Shown here: in pieces, positions 1-16,340 of the stretch
Position numbering within the stretch: position 1 is the stretch's first letter
Layout of the letters: each line of letters begins with the position of its first letter
Assembly (NCBI RefSeq): GCF_009914755.1
Contig: NC_060927.1
Strand: one strand, 5' to 3'
Origin: the human T2T-CHM13v2.0 reference genome, Homo sapiens
Length of the DNA: 64,000 bases
The notes under the pieces: generated by a model
Database searches by the model: none
Seen by the model: only the letters and a program-made list of their open reading frames with translations
What the model was told of the DNA's origin: nothing
Translations under genes and position numbers: made by a program

Positions 1-472
1 TATCCAGGAGAACCTCCCCAATCTAGCAAGGCAGGCCAACATTGAAATTCAGGAAATACAGAGAATGCCACAAAGATACTCCTCGAGAAGAGCAACTCCA
101 AGACACATAATTGTCAGATTCACCAAAGTTGAAATGAAGGTAAAAATGTTAAGGGCAGCCAGAGAGAAAGGTCGGGTTACCCACAAAGGGAAGCCCATCA
201 GACTAACAGCAGATCTCTCGGCAGAAACCATACAAGCCAGAAGAGAGTGGGGGCCAATATTCAACATTCTTAAAAAGAATTTTCAACCCAGAATTTCATA
301 TCCAGCCAAACTAAGCTTCATAAGTGAAGGAGAAATAAAATCCTTTACAGACAAGCAAATGCTGAGAGATTTTGTCACCAACAGGCCTGTCTTGCAAGAG
401 CTCCTGAAGGAAGCACTAAACATGGAAAGGAACAACTGGTACCAGCCACTGCAAAAATATGCCAAATTGTAA
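1..472 (+). pseudogene. L1 ORF1p C-terminal portion
   Basis: Translation RATPRHIIVRFTKVEMK...YPAKLSF...YQPLQKYAKL*, typical of L1 ORF1p. Confidence 0.95.
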
Positions 473-535
473 AGACCATCGATGTTAGGAAGAAACTGCA
501 TCAACTAACGTGCAAAATAACCAGCTAACATCATA

Positions 536-4337
<3,802 letters not shown>

Positions 4338-4555
4338 ACAATGAGAATACTTGGACACATGGTGGGGAACACCACACACGGGGGCCTGTCGTGATGGGGG
4401 TGGGGATGGGGGAGGGATAGCACTAGGAGAAATACCTAATGTAAATGACGAATTAATGGGTGCATCACACCAACATGGCACATGTATACATATGTAACAA
4501 ACATGCACGTTGTGCATATGTACTCTAGAACATAAGGTATAATAATAACAAAAGA

Positions 4556-5025
4556 TACTTAAGAGACCTATTGACTAAATGCCATCTTTTCCCCTGTTTG
4601 CAACTTGATTTAAATAATCAATGGAAAAATATATTAATGAGACAGTGTGGGGAAATCTGAACACTAACTGGTTATTAGATGATATTAAGAAATTATTAAT
4701 TTGGGTGTTATCATAATAGTGTGTTAATTTTTAAATAAAAAGCCTATTTCTCAGAGAGATATCCCAAAATATTTCTAGATAAAAATATAATTACTAGGAT
4801 TTGCTTGCAACTACACATTAGAGCATGGGCGTATGGAGGAAATGAGAAAGGGTAATAAGATATATGGCCTCACACTCCATGGGCATATGGAGGAAATGAG
4901 AAAGGTAAAGAAATAAGATATATGGCCTCTATTAGGTCATATGTTGATAATTGTGGAGGTAGGTAATGAACATTCATTATCCAAATATATTTTTGTATTT
5001 TTTAATATATTTTAAATTTTCCTAT
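4556..5025 (+). mobile_element. Old L1M (L1MC/ME-type) 3' fragment
   Basis: tgaacactaactggttattagatgatattaagaaattatt motif resembling L1MC/ME 3'UTR. Confidence 0.6.
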
Positions 5026-5784
5026 ATTAATGAAACATCATTTCAGGTTGAAGAAAATGTCAAAAGGAGGATGAGAGATTAAAGATGAAGAAATGAGCAA
5101 AGAAACTGAGAAACACATGAATGAATCTAAACCAACTTTGATAACATCAAATAATAACATAGCTATTTAATTTTCATATTCAAAATTAAACAAAAGTAAA
5201 ATTATGGTAGAAAACTGCATATAAATTATTATGAAGCAATTGACAGAAAAGTGTTCTTGTTATTAACAGGGCCTTGTAATTTTCTGGAATAAAAATACAT
5301 TATTTAAATTAATACTTGGTTATAAATATACTGTTAAGTGCTTTAATCACTAAAAATAGTCATGAAATGGTGAAAAAGTAACAAGAAAGAAGGCAAAAAT
5401 AGAAAAGAAAAAAGAAACATAAAGAAAGCAGAACAAATAAAAGGCACACAATAAGATGTTAGAAATGAATTTAACATATCATTAATCACAATCAATGTAA
5501 ATAGACTAAGCTCTAGAATTAATGAAAAAGATTGTCAGATGAGACTGGAAAATAGAATAGTTATATGCTCTTTGCCAGAAGCTCGAACCTAAAACAAGGT
5601 AACAGAAAAAAATCTGAAAGTAAAACGGTGAGAAAGTACATACCACCCAAAACCTGACTATTACAAAAAAAATCTAGGGCTGTTAATTAACACAATAAAA
5701 ATTATGTTTTAAGAAAAAATTTAGTATGGCTAAAAATGTTCTAAATAATAATAGTCTTAATTTGCTAGGAAAATACAAATTAAT

Positions 5785-6140
5785 TATATGTACACATATG
5801 TGCTACATATGTGTGTATATATGTTATATATGTATGTATTATATAATTATATATTATATATTTATGTGTATTAATTATATATAATTATCTATGTGTACGT
5901 GTGTATATATATACACGTATATATATACACATGTACGTGTGTATATATACACACACGTACACATAATTATATATAATTAATACACATAAATATAATATAC
6001 ATATATACATAAATATAATATACATAAATATGATACAAATATAATACACATATATACATAAATATACACATATATACACACATAATTAGGTTATACTTCA
6101 TATATTTATATACAGATATATACATACATATACAAATATT
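5785..6140. repeat. (TA)n/(TG)n/(CA)n low-complexity tract containing an inverted repeat
   Basis: Directly visible dinucleotide array, TG-rich on the left and CA-rich on the right. Confidence 0.95.
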
Positions 6141-7887
6141 ATAACATTACTTCAAAATTATAAAGCAAATTTAAATTTAACTACAGGGAGAAATCAATGA
6201 ATCATCATAATACACACAAAGCATTTTAGTAATAGATTAAGCATATAAAAAACAGTAAGAATATAAAATATGTGAATAAAATATTGAATATATTTTATCT
6301 AATGAGCATTTAATAAGCTTTATCTAATGGACATTTTCATTACACTTTATTTTTAAACAGGAGAATATACTTCTTTTAAAGCCCAGTTGGAACATTTATA
6401 CAGATTGATATTTATTCTAGTCAATAAAATCGTCTCAATACATTTCAGAGAATTAGTAACATACAGCTCACATTCTGTGACCACAAGGCAAGACAATTAA
6501 AAATAAATGGAGATAAATAAAAAGAAGAACCAACATAAGAAAATGAAAAGAAAAACAACACATCTAAATAATTCATGAATTATGAATAAATCAATGTAAA
6601 TTATAAAAGGCTTAAAATCAAATTATGCAAATACTTCATAGCAATAGTTAAGGGGTACAACAAAATCAGATCCGAGAGGAAAATTTGTCGCAGAAATGCT
6701 TGTATTTTAAAAAACTAAATAAGCTATGATTTAGATAATTATATTAGATCAATAAATTAATAATTTATGAATAGAAAAATAGAATAAATCAAAATGTTCC
6801 AAACTAGGCATAATAAAGATACATGAAAAATACAATAGAAAACAAAGCTTGGTTTCTTGAGGAGACTAATAAATTTTAAAAATTTCTCGAAAGAAAAATA
6901 GAGGGACTGTATAAATAAGTAATTTCAGGAATGAATAAAAAAGGGATATAATTATAGCTTCAACTTCTATTAAAAGAAAAACACAGAAAACCCCAAGAAG
7001 TCTGAGGACATTGTGTGTGTCAAGAAAATAAGAACCAGAAGTCACCGAGACAGTAAAGACATTTAACAAAGAAATCTAAGTGGGAAAAATACAGTAAAGT
7101 TAGTTTTGTGATTAAAAAAAAGAAAACAAAAAGAAATTTGAAACTTCATTTAAAAATTCTAGAAAAATATTAATTACAAAACCGATTAAAAAAATTAAAA
7201 CCCTCAATAATCCTGCAAGAATACACTAAATGGAGTCAATAATTAAAAATATCCAACAGGTAAAAATATTTTTTCAGGGGTGTTTTACCAAACTTCAAGA
7301 AATTGATAATTGTAATTTTATGTAAACTCCATTCTTACATAAAATCTTACAGGTAAATGTTTCTAAGTTATTTTATGAGACAAGAATAGTAGAAGGTGGT
7401 AAAATTACAGAAAAGTCTCACTCATAAATTTAGATGAAAAAAAAAATCTCCACCAAGCGTTGAGCACACTAAATGCAGCAGAAAGTTAAGAAATGTAAAT
7501 AGTCATAAATAAATTGTCCTTATCTCAATAGTAGAAAATATGCGTGATTATCCTAATACTGGAAATTAAGCATTTGACAAATTTTTAAAGGCTTTTATGA
7601 TAAATACTCCCACCTAATAAAAGTTTAAGAGAATTCTTCTTGACAAATACATGATACTTAGAATTAAAAAATACAGCAAACATATTTAATCATGTAATGT
7701 AAAATCTATTTAAATTCAGAAATAAGAATGATTAACTAAACAAAAAATTGGGCAATGGCTTGCATGCACATCTCACATCAGAAAGAAAAAATTTATTGTA
7801 CTTATGCAAAGATATTTGACTTCATTGATAACCAGAAAAATGTAAATTAAAATCACAAGGGGACTTGATTGCAAAAACTAAAAAGTT

Positions 7888-8219
<332 letters not shown>

Positions 8220-8281
8220 TTATTGCTCCAAAAGGAGCAATCCAATATTTCTCCACCATTGGTTTAGTCAAGTTAAAATAA

Positions 8282-8578
8282 TTTTTTTTCTTTTTTGACA
8301 CGGAATCTCACTCTGTTGCCCAGGTTGGAGTGCAGTCGTGTGATCTTGGCTCACTGTAAGCTCTGCCTCCTGGATTCACGCCATTCTCATGCCTCAGCCT
8401 CCCTAGTAGCTGGGACTACAGGCAGCCACCACCACGCCTGGCTAATTTTTTTGTATTTATAGTAGAGGCGGGGTTTCACCGTGTTAGCCAGGATGGTCTC
8501 TATCTCCTGACCTTGTGATTCACCCGCCTCAGCCTCCCAAAGTGCTGGGAGTACAGGTGTGAATCACCGCGCCCAGCC
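8282..8578 (-). mobile_element. AluY
   Basis: Reverse complement shows Y diagnostics accatcctggctaacacggtg and ggcgtgaa...gagctt. Confidence 0.93.
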
Positions 8579-9642
8579 TGGCTAAACCAACTTTGAAATG
8601 AAAAGAAAACTTTTCAAAAATTAAAAAGTTGGCTAAACCTCAGCACTGATTAATTAATTGACAGGCACGCATGATACTTTGCTGGTGGACATGTAAAATC
8701 GTACAACAATTTTGCAAAATGATTTGTCATTACCTAGAAAATTTAGACATATGTATCCTACAACTCACTGATTCTAGTAGTAGGTATATACTACATAGAA
8801 ACTTCTGGAATGGAAACCGAAAAAGAATGACATGCACAAGAAAGTTGATACTGGCATTATTAAAGATCATACCCTGGAAAGAAGCCAAATGCATAGTTAC
8901 AGTATACCAGTTTAAATAACTGTGGAATACTTATAGATTGGAACATAGCAGGAAAAGAAATAAAGTATAATGATATTCATCAACATAAATAAATCTCGAA
9001 AACAATGTTGAGTGAAAAAAAAACAAGTGACAAATTAATGCATGTGGAATCTTACTGTTATATAAAGATCAACAGCAAGCAAGTAATACTGCATAAAATT
9101 TTGTTCAGAGATATGGGCATATAGTATAAAACTGTAAATTAAAAAAAGCAAATGAATTACTCAAAATTCAGAAGAGTAAGTTACCTGATGGGGGGACAAG
9201 AACAAAGATGCAATCAAAACAGTAATACAAGAGAATTCAAAAATATCATAATTTTCTATTTGTTAAGCTGCAGAGTGGATACTCAGGAGTTTTTATTGTC
9301 ATACTGTATACATATTATACAGTATACATATATTACAATATGTGTACATATATGTTTATTGATATTAATGATATGCTCCATAAAAACTTTAAAAGACTGT
9401 GTAATTAGAGAGTAGGTAGTCCAGCATCTTACTTTATGTAGTTGGTTATTCATACTAAATTTGGTAAGTTAAAATTAGTCACATATCATCTTGGACAATT
9501 TTAGGTTTAAATCACTGTAGCCAAATCTTCACTATGATAATTATTTGGGTTTTGGCAATTGTTATTTGTATCCTAAACACTGATTTACTGGACTTTGCAT
9601 TCATTACATGTCCAGTGCATGTGTATGCCTGTAAGCCCCCCA

Positions 9643-9673
9643 AACACACACACACACATGCACATACACACAC
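9643..9673. repeat. Imperfect (CA)n microsatellite
   Basis: acacacacacacacatgcacatacacacac. Confidence 0.9.
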
Positions 9674-11604
9674 GGACGCAGCACACTCACCGTGTATATA
9701 GTATATAAACACATTTTGTTTTAATTCACTTCTCTTTTCATCAGACATTACAGCCTCTCTCTGGGGATGAAGTCAAGCGTTGCTATGTTCAGATGAATTT
9801 TCTGGCCCAAGGTGATAATTTTGCACACAGTCAATAGCAATATCTCAGAAGTGAACTAGAAAACTCAACCAGTGAAACAAAATTCAATAGCAGTATCAGA
9901 GCAGAAAACTCCTTAACCACAGAAGGTATGTTTCCAAAGAATACACAGTAAATGCAAATGGAGCACGTACTACCTACATATGATCAAAGCAGATTGTGCC
10001 GCATTGTCAGATAAGGTTACAACAGAAAAAAGAAAAAATCTGCCTGTATAACTCCCAAGGAGTTCCCATTGCTTAGGTTTATTGAACGTCAATGTATGCT
10101 AATGAATTGCACAGAGCTGTACATCAAATCTCAGGTGAAGTTGTCACTTTATTGAGAAATCATTAAATTATTACACTATTTAATGATGCATGAAAATAAA
10201 ATGCAATTGTGAAGAAAAGTATTTTGGGTATAGACTGAGCATTTTCTTAATATAAAAGTAAATTCTAACAGTTCCCCAAACACATTATGGCCATCTGTGC
10301 AAACGTACAACTGAAAAGAGATGACAAAAGGTGATTAATTAAAACATGACTTCTTTCAAAATTCATTATATCATAGTAGAGTGCACCACTGGAGGCCCTG
10401 AGACTTCTGAGCAAAACAGTGAAGGCCTGCCCCTCACATTGTTTAAATTAACGTTATATTCAAAACGACATATCTACGTGTTTGATAATTCTTTTTTAAA
10501 AGGCTATGTAGTAATGGTGCTTTTTATAAAAAACAACTGTTGAGACACATTTGTCCATATACATGAATACAACTGTGTAACACTATGCATACCTATAAAA
10601 TCACTTCTATCTCAAAATAATAAAAAACAAAATCTTCTTCTTTAAAAGGTCTCTCCCTTTCTCTCTCACACACAAATATGTCTATATGCATATGTCCATA
10701 CATTTATGTACATATGTCTGTACATATATGCCTCATCTTTTCTTGTATAGCTAATGTATCCTCATCATATATCAAAAACTTCATATATCTAGTTTTATTT
10801 GTACAGTTACGTGGTTGTATCCATAGCCTAGATTTTCTTTTAAGAACCTGATAAAGAAGGGTGATGAAGTTGAATAGAAACTAAGTAGGAAATGAAATTA
10901 TTCCATGTGATGGCATCCCCATCATACTGGAGTTCCAGTATGAAAAAAAATTAGTTACACTTAAAATGGAATAGTTTAATATTTTGATAAATATTTTAGA
11001 GCATTTAAGGTAAACTACAAATTATTCTGAAGTTCCTTGATGACTGTTTTTACACCATAGGGAAATGGTGGAGAAATATTGAATTGCTCCTTTTGCACTC
11101 TAATGCTGATTGTAACTATAATATGATAATGTGGCATTTCAAACAAAATTACTTTTGTTAAAAATGTGATGTGTAAATGCTTTTTAGGAAATTAATATGT
11201 TCAGACTTCATGATGGTTACAGAAACTCCCATATCATTTAAATATTGATCCAGTTGTGTAAGATTTTTCAGTTTGTAATTATCAGTACCATATAAGTCAC
11301 TCACAAAGAACAATTATTTCTAATGTTAAATATTTTTCTCACGCCAATATTTTAGTGAATGCACATACAAACGCAAACCAGAAAAAAATTCTGATTATTT
11401 TTTCACCAAACAGTGTTCTAAAATGACAAGCACCAAAGGGACTTGAGATCCAGGTGAAACCCCCTTGGCTCTATGAAGCTTGCATCTAACTCATGTATCA
11501 CTTGTTTTCTTACCTACAGTATTTATTACCAGAACTATCTGTCACTTGAATACACGGTATTTTGTATTCCTCTCAAATTACTTTTAGTGTTTGTGTTTTG
11601 TCTC

Positions 11605-12500
11605 CCTACATCAGTCAAATTGCTTTTAGCTTCAAAAAACAGATTATAAAACTAAAATTGGCTTAAATATTTTATGTTGTTTGCAAATAAAAAAAAAAGT
11701 GTAGAGTTAGGTGGTTCCGGGGTTCTTTCAGTGGCTTACAAGCCTTGTGAATGACATAGGCCCTAAATTTTCACTCTGCATTCTTCATTTCATTGGCATT
11801 GTCTTTCCTCATGGTCACAAAGTGACTTCAATAAACAAGTTTTCACACCGCAATGTTTAAAAGCAAGACAGAAGAGAGGGACGCTGTGGAAAAGGAGAAT
11901 GAAATTTTCTTGTCTCTTTCTCTGTGTTTGTCTCTCTCTCAAATTATGAAGGTTAATTTTTCCCACAAACGCTAGCCCAGGGGTCCCCAGCCTCCGGGCT
12001 GCGGACCAGAACCAGTCCCTCGCTTGTTAGGAACCAGGCTAGACTGTACAGCAGGAGGTGAGCGCCGGGAAAGCCAAAGGTTACGGCCTGAGCTCCGCTC
12101 CTTTCCCACCAGCGGGGGCATTAGATTGTTTTAGGAGCGCAAAACCCTGTTGTGAACTGTGCATGCGAGGGATCTAGGTTGCTGCTAGAGAATCTAATGC
12201 CTGATGATTTGAGGTGGAACAGTTTCATCCCCTTCTTCCCCTCAACCCCCCACCAGTCCGTGGGTAAAATGTCTTCCACAAAACTGGTCCCTAGTGCCAA
12301 AAACGTTGGGGACGGCTGCTCTAGCCAACTTTCTCTTAAGTTTCTTTGACCAGAAGTAGTCACCTGTGCATTTCCAGGAGCAAACGAAGCTGGGAAAATA
12401 AATAGCTGGCCACTATAGACTAAACTGTTGAAGGCTGACTACAAATTAGAATATGGGAGAGGGGAATGGCTGGTACGTAGGAGAGAACAACGTTTACCGC
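11605..12500 (-). mobile_element. Old MaLR LTR (MLT1J/K-like) interrupted by MER1B
   Basis: gcttttagcttcaaaaaacaga..tggcttaaa start; gaccagaagtagtcacctg...gaagctgggaaa after the MER1B. Confidence 0.55.
11978..12318 (+). mobile_element. MER1B (hAT-Charlie MITE)
   Basis: TIRs caggggtcccca...tggggacggctg; 8-bp TSD cgctagcc/ctctagcc; internal gagaatctaatgcctgatgat. Confidence 0.92.
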
Positions 12501-13104
12501 CATCCCCAACCTGATTGTGAATTATCCGATAACTTGGGCTGCATAGAATATTACTTACGTTTCCAGCACAGTGGCCCTGTTCAGTGCTAGTAGCTGAACA
12601 GCCCTTATTTCACTGGTCCAATTCCCCTAGGTGACACTAGTCGGAAGAAATATTTGGTAAGGCAACACAGAGGGTGATAGAGTTGTTGATGTCTAAACAA
12701 TGGCAAGGGGTGGAGAAGAAGAGGTTCAGGAAGGAGTCCACTTGAAAGTCATTCCTTTTTTTAGACAGTGTGAATGATAGTAACTTTTGCCACCGTTCAC
12801 ACAGACAGGAAAAGAAGCAAGGATGTGGTCAGAGACAGCAGCTATTTCACAGAGCAGGCACTCTAAGGGTGGTGGGGGATACATTCCTTAAGTTCCAGCA
12901 TTTTACAAATAATTGGAGTCTTCCTGCAGTAATGAACATTAAATGACAGCAGAAGGAAAGCTAGAGAATTCTCTACTGTTCACATAAACAGAGAAAACAT
13001 TGGAGGGTTGATAAAGAATCAGAAAATTAAAAAAAAAAAAAAAAAACTCTCCTGTAGAACAAGGTTGTGAGTGGTCCCAGGGTCCTCTCTTGGAGGTACC
13101 TGAA

Positions 13105-13385
13105 GGAACAGTGAAGAGTATGGACTTCAAGGTCAAAGTGCCTGAGGACAGAGCTTGGTTCTGCCATCTACTCAGCCATACAGCTTTCATCAGCTCACTT
13201 CCTCTCTGTGCCTCTGCTTCTCTATAGGTTGTGCAAAAGTAATTTTGCCATTAAAAGTAATGGCAAAAGTGGAGAGTCTAATAAATACCTATTTTACATA
13301 GTTTCAGTGAAGATGAAATTAGGTCATACATGCAATATACTTTGAACATTAACTAACACACTGAAAGTATTCAATATTTCTTAGC
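13105..13385 (+). mobile_element. MIR interrupted by a partial MADE1
   Basis: Core cacttcctctctgtgcctctgcttctctata...gtgaagatgaaatt. Confidence 0.75.
13225..13269. mobile_element. Truncated MADE1 (Hsmar1-derived MITE)
   Basis: taggttgtgcaaaagtaattttgccattaaaagtaatggcaaaa. Confidence 0.8.
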
Positions 13386-14769
13386 TTCTTTTACCACCAT
13401 CAATATTTATGTCACACCTCCCTCAGGAATTGACAGTCCTTCATGAAGACATTTGAAATAAATACTACAGCTTCCCTGGATATTGTTTATTTTATATTAA
13501 TGCATCTTTAATACAGTTATGGACAAGTATTCATAAACACATACACACATATACACACGCATATATATTAACTGTATATATACAGTTAAATAGATTATTT
13601 TAAGCCTTTTACATGTTTCTTAGCATCCTGACTCAAAGATTCCTTCAAATACTTATCGAGACATCAATTGACACTTGTGGACAAGCAACATCTCTTATAG
13701 TAGGTTACTGGTTTAAGTTTACTTATACGTCAAGATGCCACATGCTATACTAGAATGGTAAAAATCACTTGTTGAACTAAATTCACATACCAGCTAGTTC
13801 ATGTTTCATCCTGATTTCATATAGGGAGGAGATTAGTAGCCACAGCATCTTACATTAATATATTGGAGTGCCTCTATTTTGAAGCATTACAAGGAGTCTT
13901 GGAACGTGGAAGGAAAAGGCATATTACAAAAAGAGTAATTCTCTCAGGAATTACAGCTCTAGAAAAGAATTCTGCAAAATGTGCGTGACATTTGGTTCTT
14001 CATTCAAATGCAGTTTTTGATCCCTTTGAAGTTTGCCTTTCATTAAATACATAGTTCAGAAAGAAACATGCTGAATTTGTAGCATATGTTTCTATATTCA
14101 AAGAGTGTTGGTAGAGGGCTTAACATATTGTGAGCAATTAATCTTCAACTAGGAATCTACCTGGATAAATGTTACTATGAGTCAGTTGTGTTGGATATTA
14201 AGGAAAACTTGACTCAGAGTTTATGCATTTTCTTCTGATTATGGTTTTCCTCCCTGCCCTGTACTTACAACTAAATCTATGGGAATATTATGTCTGTAAG
14301 CATAAATATAAACCATGAATTAACAAAATGTATTTTATGGAAGAACAAATCCACGCAGACTAGAGTTGGTTATAATTTCTAAAAACCAGAGCTATATTTC
14401 CCAGATAAAATATTCCTTTTAAACTAATATGTTTATCCGTGTTGAGAAGTTCGTGGTCATGTAGTCACATATATTCATTTTGAACAGGAAATCTTTGAAT
14501 GTCAGTTTCAGGGAAATAGGTGTTCATAGCTTTCAGTAAAAGTAGAAGTTAAAATAAGTCATATTTTAAACATCTTCTGAATGATATAATAAATATATGT
14601 TTTACTACATTTTGGTGCCCATTAGAGAAATAAACAAAAGAAATGGGGGGAGGGGATTTTGTAGGTTTTAAAATAAGTGGGAGTTATAATTGCAGTTTTA
14701 CTCACCTATAACCTACATCATTTTGACATTTATGTCTTTCCATAAGGACACTTTGGCATGTGCTTTATC

Positions 14770-15945
14770 ATTTGTTCTACAAATATTTATTGGCTACCTA
14801 CTGTGTGTCAGGCAGGTATGGATAGTATGGATTCAGCAGAGAACAGAAATAAACCATCTTTGTTAGTTTCTTTTTGCTACCCCAACAAATTACTACAACC
14901 TTAGTCGCTTAAAACAATGCAAATTTTTTATCTTACAGTTCTGAGAGTCAGAAGTCTGAAATTAGTTTTACTGCACTGAATTCAACGTACTGGCAAGGCT
15001 GGTTTTTCTGTAGGCTTTAGCGGACAATTAATTTCTTTGCCTTTTACAGCATCTATAGACCACCTCTGGTCCTTGGCTTACTTCCCCTCTCTCCATTTTC
15101 AAAGCACATCAGTACAAACTCTGGTTCCATCCTCATGTCTCCTTTCACTGACTTTGTCCCTCTTGTCTCCCTCTTACAAGGACCTTTAAGGAAGGGCCCA
15201 TCTGGATAATCCAGAATAATCTTTCCATCTCATGGTCCTTAATTTAATCACATCTTCAAAGCCCCTGTTGCCAATAATATACTAGCTGTTTGCAAGGATT
15301 AGAATGTTGACATTTTTCTGGAGGAGGCATGATCCTTCTAGGGGGAAGGAAGTTTACCTTTTCCAGGGATGACAATGAATATGTAAACAAATTAATTGTA
15401 TAATTTCAGGAATAAATATTATAGAACATTTTTAAAGGGCAAAGGAGAGTGAGTAATTGGGTATGGGAAGGAGTGGCTATTTCATTAGAGGTGGCCAGAA
15501 AAAGTCTCTGAGATATGAGACTTGAGATCCAAATAATGAGGAGGAGGCAAAGAGCTTTCTCAGGGAAGGGATCAGCAAGTGCAAAGGCCCAGCATTATTA
15601 ACAAGCTTGGCTATTTTAGGACAGAAAAAGGCCATTGTAGTAGTGGCTTAGAGTGGCAGAGACAGGGTCAGAGAGAAGGGATGGGCCCTGACCATGCACT
15701 TTTGTGCAGGTCATGATAAAAAGCTTGAATTTTATCCAAATTAGAAGAGAAAGCAAAGGAGAATTTTAAGCAAGGGGAAGATATGATACGATTTAGCCTT
15801 CGAGAAGATGACTTTTCTTGTTAAAATGGTGAACTGTAGGGGTCAAGCTGGTGGTAGTGAGACAAGTTGGGAGGAGCAGCTGCAGTAGCCCAGGTAGGTT
15901 AATGGTGTCATGAATTAGGCTTTCCATGTGGGAGATGCTAAATTA
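14770..15945 (-). mobile_element. L2 fragments flanking an MLT1 LTR
   Basis: caaatatttattggctacctactgtgtgtcaggca tail; cagcaagtgcaaaggccc, ttttaagcaagggga. Confidence 0.75.
14860..15340 (-). mobile_element. MaLR LTR (MLT1C/D-like)
   Basis: aacaaattactacaaccttagtcgcttaaaacaa...ttacagttctgagagtcagaagtctgaa; gggccccatctggataatccag. Confidence 0.85.
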
Positions 15946-15955
15946 TTGAAATATA

Positions 15956-16340
<385 letters not shown>

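Noticed and set aside
4380-4417. G-quadruplex-like G tracts
   Set aside because: Standard feature of the L1PA 3'UTR, not locus-specific
5885-6079. Tyr/Ile-rich 64-aa ORF
   Set aside because: Translation of a (TA/TG)n microsatellite
11970-12130. CpG island / promoter
   Set aside because: Too short and entirely within MER1B; kept only as a CpG-retention observation
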